Below, in pieces: positions 18,057 through 27,146 of a DNA stretch of 64,000 bases. The notes beneath the pieces were generated by a model. The model ran no database searches. It saw only the letters and a program-made list of their open reading frames with translations, and had not been told where the DNA came from. Source of the DNA: an uncultured Chlamydiales bacterium (lineage in GTDB: Bacteria > Chlamydiota > Chlamydiia > Chlamydiales > JAAKFR01). The DNA is taken from assembly GCA_963699155.1 (NCBI GenBank), contig OY969414.1:1029327-1093326 (forward strand), given 5' to 3'. Position 1 is the stretch's first letter; every line of letters starts with the position of its first letter. Both the position numbers and the translations under genes were made by a program.

Positions 18057-19131
18057 AATCCCCGTAGGCAGCCTTGGAGTTGACGGCGCTAAAATCCCCG
18101 TAGGCATTCTAGGCGCTACCGGCATGGTAGGGCAGAAATTTGTCGAACTGCTCCACCACCATCCCTGGTTCCAAATTACTGCTGTAGCAGCTTCAGATAG
18201 GTCATGCGGCAAACCCTATAAAGAGGCCGCTACCTGGAGGATGTCTACGCCGCTTCCCGCCGAGGTGGGCAATCTTACAGTCAGCTCCTGTGATTCTGAT
18301 CTGCCCTGTAAAATCGTTTTTTCGGCTCTTGACGCCTCTGTGGCGGGAGAGATAGAGACAAAGTTTGCTAAAGCAGGCTACTTTGTCATTTCCAATAGTC
18401 GTAATCACCGCCTCGACCCAGATGTGCCTCTCCTTATCCCTGAAGTTAATCCCAGCCATCTTGAGCTTATAAAAACCCAATCTCATGCACCTGGAATGAT
18501 CCTCACCAATCCTAATTGCTCTGTGATCGGCCTTGCCACCGCACTCAAGCCGCTTGATGATTTCTGGAGCGTTGAACAGGTCCACGTCACTACTTTACAG
18601 GCTGTTTCAGGAGCAGGTTATCCAGGCGTGCCTAGCTTTGACACACTCGACAATGTGATCCCCTATATCGCAGGGGAAGAGGAGAAAATTGAGACAGAAC
18701 CTCTAAAAATCCTGGGCACCTTGCGAGGACGCACCATCATGCGCCACCCCATGCGTCTCAGCGCACAGTGCAACCGAGTCAGCGTCGCCGATGGACATCT
18801 AGCCTGCGTCTCAGTGAAGTTGAAGAAACGGGCTGCCTTTGACGAGATGGTGGAAGCCTGGAATCAGTTCACAGCAGCTCCTCAGAAGCTTCAGCTACCC
18901 TCAGCGCCTAGACAGCCGATCATCTATCACCCTGAAGACAATTATCCTCAACCCAAGCTCCACCGCCATTTAGAAAAGGGAATGGCTGTTTCTGTAGGCA
19001 GACTCCGCCCCTGTCCACTTCTAGATTGGAAATTTACAATTCTCTCCCACAATACGATCCGGGGAGCTGCAGGTTGTGCAGTGCTGAATGCGGAGCTTCT
19101 TTACTCCACCTTTCTTAAGAAGACGATGTAG
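18025..19131 (+). CDS. asd: aspartate-semialdehyde dehydrogenase
   Basis: GILGATGMVGQKF Rossmann motif, active-site NPNCSVIG, LQAVSGAGY. Start uncertain: ATG 18025 overlaps ftsH by 32 nt, and the listed ORF begins at 17953. Confidence 0.85.
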   Translation: MDATSGSAQPKIPVGSLGVDGAKIPVGILGATGMVGQKFVELLHHHPWFQITAVAASDRSCGKPYKEAATWRMSTPLPAEVGNLTVSSCDSDLPCKIVFSALDASVAGEIETKFAKAGYFVISNSRNHRLDPDVPLLIPEVNPSHLELIKTQSHAPGMILTNPNCSVIGLATALKPLDDFWSVEQVHVTTLQAVSGAGYPGVPSFDTLDNVIPYIAGEEEKIETEPLKILGTLRGRTIMRHPMRLSAQCNRVSVADGHLACVSVKLKKRAAFDEMVEAWNQFTAAPQKLQLPSAPRQPIIYHPEDNYPQPKLHRHLEKGMAVSVGRLRPCPLLDWKFTILSHNTIRGAAGCAVLNAELLYSTFLKKTM

Positions 19132-22100
19132 GCTTTGGAATCTGGATCAGAGGGCTCAACTTCGCGCACCGTGGCGTCGTTGCAGTGGAGCCAGCGCTCC
19201 TCTCCCGCCGTCAGATCTCTCACATCGGCCGTATAGTGGCCTCCATCAATGCTGCTGCCAAGGTGGTTGATGAAAGCGATGATCTCATACTCATCCCCTT
19301 GGACCGTCACTCGACGATCTGCAGGGAAGGCCACAGCACAGTCGAGTTTCTTTAGTTTATTTTCAAACCGTTTCAGATGGATGATGAGAGTGTCAGGGGA
19401 AGCTTCGATTTTGATCGCTAATTCAAAACGATCTACCGTAAGCTTCTTATTCACGACACAGGGCTCGTTCTTTTTCTCGGGAAGGAAGTAACCATCGATG
19501 AGTTCTTGGAAGCTTTTTCCCTCTTCAATTGCTATGGAAAGATGATTAGTAGAATTTTCCCCACTCTTATGTCCACCCTCTCCTTTTCCTGGAATCTTAT
19601 AGGAAATATAATTATAGGTTACCATGGGTCTCCAGTCGAGCTGGTCCAAAAGAAGGCATAGAAGGTCATGGGCATCGTGCTGAGCCGTTTCGCTTCCTTC
19701 TAAAATCGATCCTGCTCGCAGGAGGAAGATCTCTTTACGGAGTTTAAGCAGGGCCGTCTTGCTTCTTTGCTCGATAGCTTCAGACAAAAGAGCAAACTTA
19801 TTTGTGGCTAATGCCCTCAGAGGCTGCAGATAGTAGAGTGGCTGTAGGCAGGCGTTGAGATAGCAGCTGTTGCCGATGTTGGTAAGGCCAGAAGGTCCTG
19901 TTACTGCCTCGGCACTCTCTTCTTCCTCGCTAGCAGTGTCATAATTTTCATCGGCAGCAGAGTTTGGGGGTGGTGCAGCGCTGTCAGGACGGGCAATCTC
20001 GCAGATCTCAAAGTCGAAGTTGAGCGCTTGAAGTTCCCGAGCCACATGGATGAGATCGAGCTTGGCTAGGGTACTATCAGAGATAGGCCTAAGGGCATCT
20101 AGCTTTTTATAGATCTCCAGAGTCGTTGTTTCAAAACCTTTTAAGGAGAATGTAGCTTGGGTGGAATCATAAAATTTTGTCGAGAGGCGATTACGTTGAT
20201 CGAGAAAGCCCTCTTTCTTGAGTGCTTGAAAAATTTCACGACCCCCAAGATGAGCTGGAGTGAGCCGAGTCGGAGTGGTTGCTTCTGCATGAAAAGAGGC
20301 CCCCTTCTTTTCTAAATAGGCATAGACAAAGATGATCTTTCTTTCAGTAAACAACCTGAGGAATTGACTTTTCCCGAGAGCTTCACATGCTTCTTTGGTC
20401 TTTTTTCTCCATCCCTTAGCATCTGGATTTGTTGCCTTTTTCCAGAGCATTCTCAAGTAATCCTGAGATTGATGAGTGGAGAGAGCTGCCCGGAGGTTTC
20501 TCGCTGCGTTGAGGATCTGGGAACAGGCATCGCGTGTATGCTGGCCAAAATTCTCTTTCACATGGTAGAGACGAGTGGTTTTGTCATCATATTTAACAAT
20601 GTCACAAGGCTCGATGTTGTTCGGTAAGATTTGATCGAATACCAGGTAGTTCTTGTCGGAAAGATAGGATCTGCAATAGGTCTCCTCATCTACAGCTTTC
20701 CCCCTACTGTCACAGAGCTTTTCCAAATAGGTCAAGAAGGCAGCTTCCTGGCCCTTGAGCTCTTTCCAGAAAGGATAGGCAGCTGGATTGAGAACCTCTC
20801 CACTCTCTTCGAGGATAGGGCGCTCCTCTTTTAGGGCATCTACAATGGCCTGATGATCATTTGGAAAGGCCTTTTTCAGCCGCGCTATCACTGAACCTGG
20901 AGCGGGTTGCAGCGCTTTTTCAATGGCGCCTCGATGGGTGGCGATGAGGGGCAGCTCAAGGATGGCGCCTGAAAGTCGCGATTGCTGAACTGTTCCCTTG
21001 TCTGAAAGGTAGCTCATCTTTTCTTCATAGAGACTATCCATGAATTTCCGGATCCCTTTGCCGCCGACAAAGGCTTTGACATCGGTCTCTTTCACCTTAT
21101 CTTCAACTGTGTTGCCCATCCAGGTTCTGGGCAGTTGTCCTCCATCGGTACGTTTTAAAAGCCTCGCTCTCAATATGGTGCGAAAGTCGTCAATGAGTAA
21201 AGCATTATAGTCTGCGGTGAGCTGATACCACTTTCCTCGAATTTTAAAGTAGCTTTCATCTTGATAACGGACCTCTGCTTCTAAGCAGTCGATCAGACAC
21301 TCCTCGTGGAGTCGCTTGGCCTGATCGACAAACCTCAATTGGCCTTCCCGCCAAATGGATAAAAAGGTGTCGGAAGTGCGGCTGGGGTTGTCCTGCTCCA
21401 TTTTTTCCACAATTTCCTGCAGGGTGGGTGGCCTGGCAGGAAGATCATCTTTGAAACGGCCTTTCTTGGCGTACTGGATGGCAAACTGATCGGCCGATAG
21501 AAATTCATAGACAAAGCGGTGGCGGAAGGAGGCGGGGAGAGGCTCCCCCTCCTGATAGGCCTTCCAGATGGCTTCTACCAACTCTTGATCGAGTGTCGAA
21601 GCATCGACCTGCGCAGGTTGGACGAAGTGGAGAAATTCAAATAGTGGATCGGGAACAACCGCTTTCCCATCCGTCCCGAAGGTGGGCTCTCGATGGGTAT
21701 ATTGATAGAAGAGGCGAAAAATCGCTGGATAATCTTCGATCGCAATCCGTTTGACGATACGCAGTAAGCCTCCCATCGTCACTTTGACAACAGGAGCTTT
21801 AGATTTTTTGGTAGAGGAAAAAGGGGGTAGGCCCAAAAGTGCGGCATTGGATTTGACGGAGCACTGGATCGATTCCACCAGGTAATAGAGGGTGGATATT
21901 TTGTAGAGCTCCTCACCCGAGGGATGGAGTAACTTTTCTTCGAGATTGGGACCGACGAGAGGCCTTCTGCACAGTTCGACAATGTTCTTGGGGTCTAGAA
22001 GATATTCAGCGATGCGTGCCGGATAGCCTTGATGGACACACCCTTTAATCACCCGGAAGGCTTGGCCAGAACTGAGGACCACAATTTCCCGCTCTGGGAC

Positions 22101-22427
22101 CTTGCGGTAATAAAAGAGAAGGAACTCCGTTCCTCTCTTCTTTTTGAGAGGGGGTTTTTCTAGCTCTTCCTCCTTCTGCGCCTCTTCATTCAACTTTTTG
22201 ACGAGATCAGGGAGGATGGCGATCTTTTTCGCATAGACTTTGAGCTTATAGTCAGGACTTTGGAATTCACAAGGAAGAATGCCAAACTCGCGGTGATGGG
22301 GTGCCATCACAGCCTTGACTACTTTTCCCAATTTAGTTTCAGTTGTCCCGACTCGGCGAAGATCCAGCCACTGCATAGAGAGTGGCTGGACATTTAGGTG
22401 TTGGGTCTTGGACGATGGAGAGGACAT
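19101..22427 (-). CDS. large protein with C-terminal USP/UCH-type (C19) deubiquitinase domain and an N-terminal region of about 840 aa resembling the TIGR04141/DUF6119 family
   Basis: Cys box GLTNIGNSCYLNACLQ (19842-19889), QHDAHDLL, LIIHLKRF, His box YEIIAFINHLGSSIDGGHYTADV...WLHCNDATV. The N-terminal motif EPCDIVKYDDKTTRLYHVKENFGQHTRDACSQILNAARNL resembles the E.cD...HvK...S.l.Q signature (from memory). Confidence 0.85.
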   Translation of the reverse strand: MSSPSSKTQHLNVQPLSMQWLDLRRVGTTETKLGKVVKAVMAPHHREFGILPCEFQSPDYKLKVYAKKIAILPDLVKKLNEEAQKEEELEKPPLKKKRGTEFLLFYYRKVPEREIVVLSSGQAFRVIKGCVHQGYPARIAEYLLDPKNIVELCRRPLVGPNLEEKLLHPSGEELYKISTLYYLVESIQCSVKSNAALLGLPPFSSTKKSKAPVVKVTMGGLLRIVKRIAIEDYPAIFRLFYQYTHREPTFGTDGKAVVPDPLFEFLHFVQPAQVDASTLDQELVEAIWKAYQEGEPLPASFRHRFVYEFLSADQFAIQYAKKGRFKDDLPARPPTLQEIVEKMEQDNPSRTSDTFLSIWREGQLRFVDQAKRLHEECLIDCLEAEVRYQDESYFKIRGKWYQLTADYNALLIDDFRTILRARLLKRTDGGQLPRTWMGNTVEDKVKETDVKAFVGGKGIRKFMDSLYEEKMSYLSDKGTVQQSRLSGAILELPLIATHRGAIEKALQPAPGSVIARLKKAFPNDHQAIVDALKEERPILEESGEVLNPAAYPFWKELKGQEAAFLTYLEKLCDSRGKAVDEETYCRSYLSDKNYLVFDQILPNNIEPCDIVKYDDKTTRLYHVKENFGQHTRDACSQILNAARNLRAALSTHQSQDYLRMLWKKATNPDAKGWRKKTKEACEALGKSQFLRLFTERKIIFVYAYLEKKGASFHAEATTPTRLTPAHLGGREIFQALKKEGFLDQRNRLSTKFYDSTQATFSLKGFETTTLEIYKKLDALRPISDSTLAKLDLIHVARELQALNFDFEICEIARPDSAAPPPNSAADENYDTASEEEESAEAVTGPSGLTNIGNSCYLNACLQPLYYLQPLRALATNKFALLSEAIEQRSKTALLKLRKEIFLLRAGSILEGSETAQHDAHDLLCLLLDQLDWRPMVTYNYISYKIPGKGEGGHKSGENSTNHLSIAIEEGKSFQELIDGYFLPEKKNEPCVVNKKLTVDRFELAIKIEASPDTLIIHLKRFENKLKKLDCAVAFPADRRVTVQGDEYEIIAFINHLGSSIDGGHYTADVRDLTAGEERWLHCNDATVREVEPSDPDSKAYIVFLRKVE

Positions 22428-22428
22428 T

Positions 22429-24528
22429 TCATGCCGCCGGTGCCGCCATGGTTGCTTTTCGGCTCAGTTTGAGCTGGCCTCGCTCATTGATATCGAGGAC
22501 CTTGACATTGATCATTTCGCCCTGCTTGATATGCTCGAAGATGTTTTCGACGCGCGTCTGGGAGAGCTCAGAGATGTGGCAGAGTCCCTCCTTGCCGGGA
22601 AGGATCTCGACGAAAGCACCGAAGGCGACGACAGAGGTCACCTTGCCTCGGTAGACTTTGCCAATCTCGACCTCGCCAGTGAGACCTTCTATGATCTCTT
22701 TGGCACGCTTCATCGACTCAGGATTGCTCGAGGCAATGCTGATGAGGCCCGAATCATTGATATCGATGTCAACGCCGGTCTCTTCGATAATCTGACGGAT
22801 CTGTTTGCCCCCAGGACCGATGACGATAGCAATTTTGCTCGGATTGATCCGCATTGTTTCAATGCGTGGGGCATAGATCGACATCTCTTTTTTGGAATGG
22901 GGAACGATCTCCAGCATCTTTTTCAAGATATGGATGCGTCCCTCTTTCGCTTGCTCCAGCGCGGCTTTCATGATCGCGAGGGTAATTCCTTCGACCTTGA
23001 TATCCATTTGGAAGGCGGTAATGCCCTCAGAGTCGCCGGTGATTTTGAAATCCATGTCTCCTAGAGCATCTTCTAGGCCCAAAATATCGGAGAGGATGGC
23101 CACTTTTTCGCCTTCTAAAATCAGCCCCATCGCAATACCAGCGACAGGTCGCTTGATCGGGACACCTGCATCCATCATCGCCAGACAGCCGCCACAGACA
23201 GAAGCCATCGATGAGGAACCATTCGATTCTGTGATGTTCGATTCCAGACGTATCGTATAAGGGAAATCATCTAAGGAGGGGATAGCTGCTTTTAACGCTC
23301 TTTCTGCCAATTTGCCATGTCCCACTTCTCTTCGGCCAGGTGCACCGATCCGTCCCACTTCACCTACAGAGAAGGGGGGGAAGAAGTAGTGGAGATAGAA
23401 ACGGGCGAGCCCTTCGCCGTTGAGATCCTCAAAGCGCTGTCCCATGCTCTCGCCACCCAGTGTACAGACAGCCATTGTCTGCGTCTCCCCACGGGTAAAG
23501 AGGCAGCTTCCATGGGTACGTGGGAGGATATTGGGCTCAATGTCGATGGGACGGATCTCTTTCACACTGCGACCATCGGCGCGCACCCCTTTCTCGAGGA
23601 TGAGCTCCCGCATATATTTTGAGGAGATCTGTTTATAGGCCGTCTTGACAGCGATCTCAGAATAGGCGCCGCCCCCTTCAGGGGCCAAATGTTGCAAGAC
23701 TTTCTCTTCAATCGAACCGATCGACTCCTCTCGCTCTTTTTTATTGGGAATGCTGAGCGCTTTTTTGAGCGGCTCGGCAGCGAGATGTTCGACAGCAGCG
23801 ATTAAATCGTGCGGCAAAACGCGCAAGTCTTCTAAATTTTTGCTCTTTCCCACTTCTGACTGCCACTCGTGCAAGCCTTTGCAGATTTGACGGATCGCCC
23901 GATGACCCGTTTCGATCGCTTCGAGCACCTGCGCTTCTGTCAGAAAGTCGCAATAGCCCTCGATCATCAAAATGGCCTCTTCTGTTCCCGCCAGCAACAG
24001 GTCGAGTTTCGAATTCTTCATCTCTTCGAGAGTGGGGTTGATGCAGAAAGCACCATCGACAAAACCTACCCTCACACCCGCTACAGGCTTGATGAGGGGG
24101 ATGTCGGAGATGACGAGCGCTGCCGAAGCAGCGCAGATCGCCAGGGGGTCAGGGCTGTTAGATCCATCGTAAGACCAGACATAGGCCAGCACTTGGACTT
24201 CATTATAATAGCCTTCCTGAAACATCGGACGGATGGGGCGATCGATCAGACGACAGATTAAAATTTCCCGTTCGGCAGGCCGGCCCTCTCTTTTGATGAA
24301 TCCCCCGAGCGTTTTTCCCGCTGAGAAGAACTTTTCCTGATAGTCAACCCGCAAAGGGAGAAAATCGACCTCCGCATCGGGTTTTGGAGCCGCACATGCG
24401 GTGGCAAAGACGATCGTTTCTCCCTGTTTTACCAGGACAGCACCGCCAGCTTGTTTGGCAATTTTTCCCGTCTCGAAAGAGAGCTCTTTTTGATCAGTTA
24501 GCTTGATAGTTTTAAATTTACGTTCCAT
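22429..24528 (-). CDS. pnp: polyribonucleotide nucleotidyltransferase (PNPase)
   Basis: Two RNase PH domains, KH (IGPGGKQIRQI) and S1 (GKVYRGKVTSVVAFGAFVEILPGKEGLCHISE) domains. Located downstream of rpsO. Confidence 0.95.
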   Translation of the reverse strand: MERKFKTIKLTDQKELSFETGKIAKQAGGAVLVKQGETIVFATACAAPKPDAEVDFLPLRVDYQEKFFSAGKTLGGFIKREGRPAEREILICRLIDRPIRPMFQEGYYNEVQVLAYVWSYDGSNSPDPLAICAASAALVISDIPLIKPVAGVRVGFVDGAFCINPTLEEMKNSKLDLLLAGTEEAILMIEGYCDFLTEAQVLEAIETGHRAIRQICKGLHEWQSEVGKSKNLEDLRVLPHDLIAAVEHLAAEPLKKALSIPNKKEREESIGSIEEKVLQHLAPEGGGAYSEIAVKTAYKQISSKYMRELILEKGVRADGRSVKEIRPIDIEPNILPRTHGSCLFTRGETQTMAVCTLGGESMGQRFEDLNGEGLARFYLHYFFPPFSVGEVGRIGAPGRREVGHGKLAERALKAAIPSLDDFPYTIRLESNITESNGSSSMASVCGGCLAMMDAGVPIKRPVAGIAMGLILEGEKVAILSDILGLEDALGDMDFKITGDSEGITAFQMDIKVEGITLAIMKAALEQAKEGRIHILKKMLEIVPHSKKEMSIYAPRIETMRINPSKIAIVIGPGGKQIRQIIEETGVDIDINDSGLISIASSNPESMKRAKEIIEGLTGEVEIGKVYRGKVTSVVAFGAFVEILPGKEGLCHISELSQTRVENIFEHIKQGEMINVKVLDINERGQLKLSRKATMAAPAA

Positions 24529-24613
24529 TCAATATCCATAGAAAGGGGGCAAGAGACAGAAAAGACCCCAAATGTTTCTGAAAAAACCTTAAACGAAAAA
24601 GAAAGGTAAGAAA

Positions 24614-24883
24614 TTATTTTCTTAGATTGAGTCTCTTAATGAGGTTTTTGTATCGTTCGGTATCGGTAGAGTTCAAATATTCCAGCAGTTTGCGGCGCTG
24701 GCCCACCAGTTTTAAAAGAGCTAGTCGAGAATTGTGGTCTTTTGGAGCTCTTTTTAGGTGGTCTGTCAGCTCTGCGATACGCTCTGTTAAAATCGCAATT
24801 TGAACGTCTGCCGATCCAGTATCTTTTTCGTGCAGTTGAAATTTCTTGGTGATTTCTTCCTTTGTGCCTTTATCTAGCGACAT
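24614..24883 (-). CDS. rpsO: 30S ribosomal protein S15
   Basis: [36 protein letters not shown]...[29 protein letters not shown] is a canonical S15 sequence. Start taken at the second Met of the listed ORF. Confidence 0.9.
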   Translation of the reverse strand: MSLDKGTKEEITKKFQLHEKDTGSADVQIAILTERIAELTDHLKRAPKDHNSRLALLKLVGQRRKLLEYLNSTDTERYKNLIKRLNLRK

Positions 24884-24954
24884 GTAGAGCATCTCCCTAT
24901 ATTTTTATGCTTCTGAACATCCATTATACCGCAAATTCTGTTTTCAGTGAAGGA

Positions 24955-25194
24955 TTAAACTTTGGAGTCTAAGATGACTTCAATGTAAGCCTGATGCGTC
25001 GGGGAATTGCTGGAGTGCATCACCACTTTGAAGGGGATGGTGATCTCACCCCGCTCTTTTGCCGCCGCCAATTCTTTGTGTATGATTTTTTTTAATTCTT
25101 CTGAAACAGGCTCGAAACGATATTTTGAGAGCATTTTTTCAATGAGCAGCTGTTCATGATTGCGATCGATCTCTTTGCCGTAAAAGTGTTCCAT
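24955..25194 (-). CDS. hypothetical small protein (79 aa)
   Basis: ORF only; no family recognised. Confidence 0.4.
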   Translation of the reverse strand: MEHFYGKEIDRNHEQLLIEKMLSKYRFEPVSEELKKIIHKELAAAKERGEITIPFKVVMHSSNSPTHQAYIEVILDSKV

Positions 25195-25207
25195 TGGATA
25201 TAACAGA

Positions 25208-25918
25208 ATGATTACTCAAGAGGAGCGTATGCAAAAAGAGACCACTTATCAAGAAAAAATTCGTATAGTTGAACCTTGGTTAGAAGAAATTATAGATGTA
25301 GTAAAAAAAGATTTAAAAAACGAACACCTTAAAGCAGATAAGCCGTTTTGTAAAAAATATTTTTTAGGGAAAAATCCGGCACAACTTTCTGTGAAGGAGA
25401 TGGCTGATGCCTATCGGGTCGATATCGCTCAAGGAAATGTGGGCTTAGGTGAATTCATTGCGACTCGCTGGCTTCTTCGCCATACAGATATCTATGCCTA
25501 TTTCGAGGAGAAAATTAAGGGAGTCAGTGAGGATTTTGAACAATTGGACCAATTGCCCCAAGAGCTCTCAGATAGTCTCATGCTCTCTTCAGTGAAACAT
25601 TTTGGCGCGAAAAAGAGCTACCTCTTTGCCATCTTTAACTCGGTTGTCTTCCCTCCCACAACCTATAGCCGTTTAAAAGAGCTTGCCCTACAAGAAAGGG
25701 AATCTACAGAGAAAGAGGCGGCTGCTGAGAAAATAAAAGAGACAGTCGAAACGATGCAAGCAAGGCATGTGCGTGAGATGACAGCCCTCACAGATCGTTA
25801 TGAAAAAAAGTTGCTCGGTATGCAGAAAAAATATCTCAATGATGTTGCAGGGTTGAAAAAACAGATCGCCCAACTGCAGAAGAAGTTGTCATGCACGAAC
25901 ACGACATCGCCTTTATGA
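25208..25918 (+). CDS. hypothetical protein with C-terminal coiled coil (236 aa)
   Basis: ORF with plausible coding composition; no family recognised. Confidence 0.55.
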   Translation: MITQEERMQKETTYQEKIRIVEPWLEEIIDVVKKDLKNEHLKADKPFCKKYFLGKNPAQLSVKEMADAYRVDIAQGNVGLGEFIATRWLLRHTDIYAYFEEKIKGVSEDFEQLDQLPQELSDSLMLSSVKHFGAKKSYLFAIFNSVVFPPTTYSRLKELALQERESTEKEAAAEKIKETVETMQARHVREMTALTDRYEKKLLGMQKKYLNDVAGLKKQIAQLQKKLSCTNTTSPL

Positions 25919-25938
25919 ATGAGGCACCAAAAATTATC

Positions 25939-26406
25939 ATGCCCGAAGATGATATCGCCTTCATGAAAGAGGCGCTGAAAGAGGCGCGCAAGGCTTATAA
26001 GGAAGGGGAGGTGCCCATCGGTGCGGTATTGGTCTTTAATCAGAAGATCATTGCTCGGGGCCACAACCAGGTGGAGCTTCTCAAAGATGCGACAGCGCAT
26101 GCGGAGATGCTCTGCATCGGCAGCGGGGCGCAAGGCTTAAGTAATTGGCGCCTTCTCGATACAACTCTCTACAGCACCGTCGAACCCTGTTGTATGTGTG
26201 CTGGAGCGATGTATCTCTCCCGTATCAAGCGGCTTGTTTGGGGAGCTCCCGATCTACGTCATGGGGCTAATGGCAGCTTTGTCGACCTCTTCGCCCTCAA
26301 ATACCCCACTCATACCATCGAGATCACCTCAGGTATTCTAGCTGAAGAATCAAAAGCACTCATGCAGGAATTTTTCCGTGACCGAAGAAATCAAAAAACT
26401 GATTGA
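25939..26406 (+). CDS. tadA: tRNA-specific adenosine deaminase
   Basis: HAEM...PCCMCAGAM zinc-binding CDA motifs. Start uncertain (25891 or 25939) because the N-terminal DIAFM(N/K)EA segment is duplicated. Confidence 0.85.
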   Translation: MPEDDIAFMKEALKEARKAYKEGEVPIGAVLVFNQKIIARGHNQVELLKDATAHAEMLCIGSGAQGLSNWRLLDTTLYSTVEPCCMCAGAMYLSRIKRLVWGAPDLRHGANGSFVDLFALKYPTHTIEITSGILAEESKALMQEFFRDRRNQKTD

Positions 26407-26608
26407 AGAGATGGTCTCAAGCCAAGAGACCAAGCTACTTTCCTGTGGCCGCATGCTTGTGCCGCGTCTCACTACTGAAGATGTGTTGCAGCCAAATGAC
26501 TATCCGGAGCTCGAAAATAACCCCTATTTTCGTTACGAAGAAGGGATTTTGGCGGGCATGCAGACGATCCGTACAGCCCTCTTGGCCTATTTCAAAGAGA
26601 AGAGTTGA
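26378..26608 (+). CDS. hypothetical small protein (76 aa)
   Basis: ORF only; overlaps the tadA end by 29 nt. Confidence 0.4.
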   Translation: MTEEIKKLIEEMVSSQETKLLSCGRMLVPRLTTEDVLQPNDYPELENNPYFRYEEGILAGMQTIRTALLAYFKEKS

Positions 26609-27121
26609 CTACATTTCTGTGATATAGTCTCTTCTATCTAAACTTGCCTCGAACCGTTTTTTTAACTCCTCATTTAAGAAGTAGTGGATCTGCCGCTTGC
26701 CATTATTAGATAAGGCAATCAGGTACATATTGACTCCTGTGATTTCATCATGCTGGCCTTTCGTCTGATAGAATTTCCCTGATGTCTCAAATGAATAGTG
26801 GGGTTTAAATTGGTCTTTGTAATGTTCAATGACTCGCATCAAAGGCCTTCGATCTTTGAAGTGTTTTACGATCAAAGCCACTGCAGCGATCAAGCTGGCA
26901 GCGGCGACACCTCCGCCTGCCCAGATTAAGCTTTTGATCGTTGTGAGGGAGAGTGTTCCCATTTGGGGCCAAAAATTGAGGAGTTTCTGTTGATGCAAGA
27001 GAGCGATCACCCCAATCGCGCAAGTAATTAGAGCGGCTGATCCCAATAGAGAGAGGATGATTTTATGTGGGGTGAAGGATCCGGTGTGGTAATGGATTTC
27101 CGGGCTGATGGGCTGAGTCAT
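26609..27121 (-). CDS. membrane protein, paired-hydrophobic-segment (Inc-like) family, paralogue A
   Basis: N-terminus MTQPISPEIHYHTGSF followed by two hydrophobic segments about 18 aa apart. Paralogous to 27147..27629 and 36955..37428. Confidence 0.55.
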   Translation of the reverse strand: MTQPISPEIHYHTGSFTPHKIILSLLGSAALITCAIGVIALLHQQKLLNFWPQMGTLSLTTIKSLIWAGGGVAAASLIAAVALIVKHFKDRRPLMRVIEHYKDQFKPHYSFETSGKFYQTKGQHDEITGVNMYLIALSNNGKRQIHYFLNEELKKRFEASLDRRDYITEM

Positions 27122-27146
27122 ACTCTTCCTTAAAAGTTAAAAAGAT

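Noticed and set aside
22315-24261. Several 100-250 aa ORFs antisense to pnp. Similar antisense ORFs occur at 16481-17414 (ftsH), 10020-10778 (MORN coiled-coil gene) and 27715-28506 (rhomboid).
   Set aside because: They lie opposite well-supported genes in GC-rich stretches, have no recognisable motifs, and have biased low-complexity composition. They are typical shadow ORFs.
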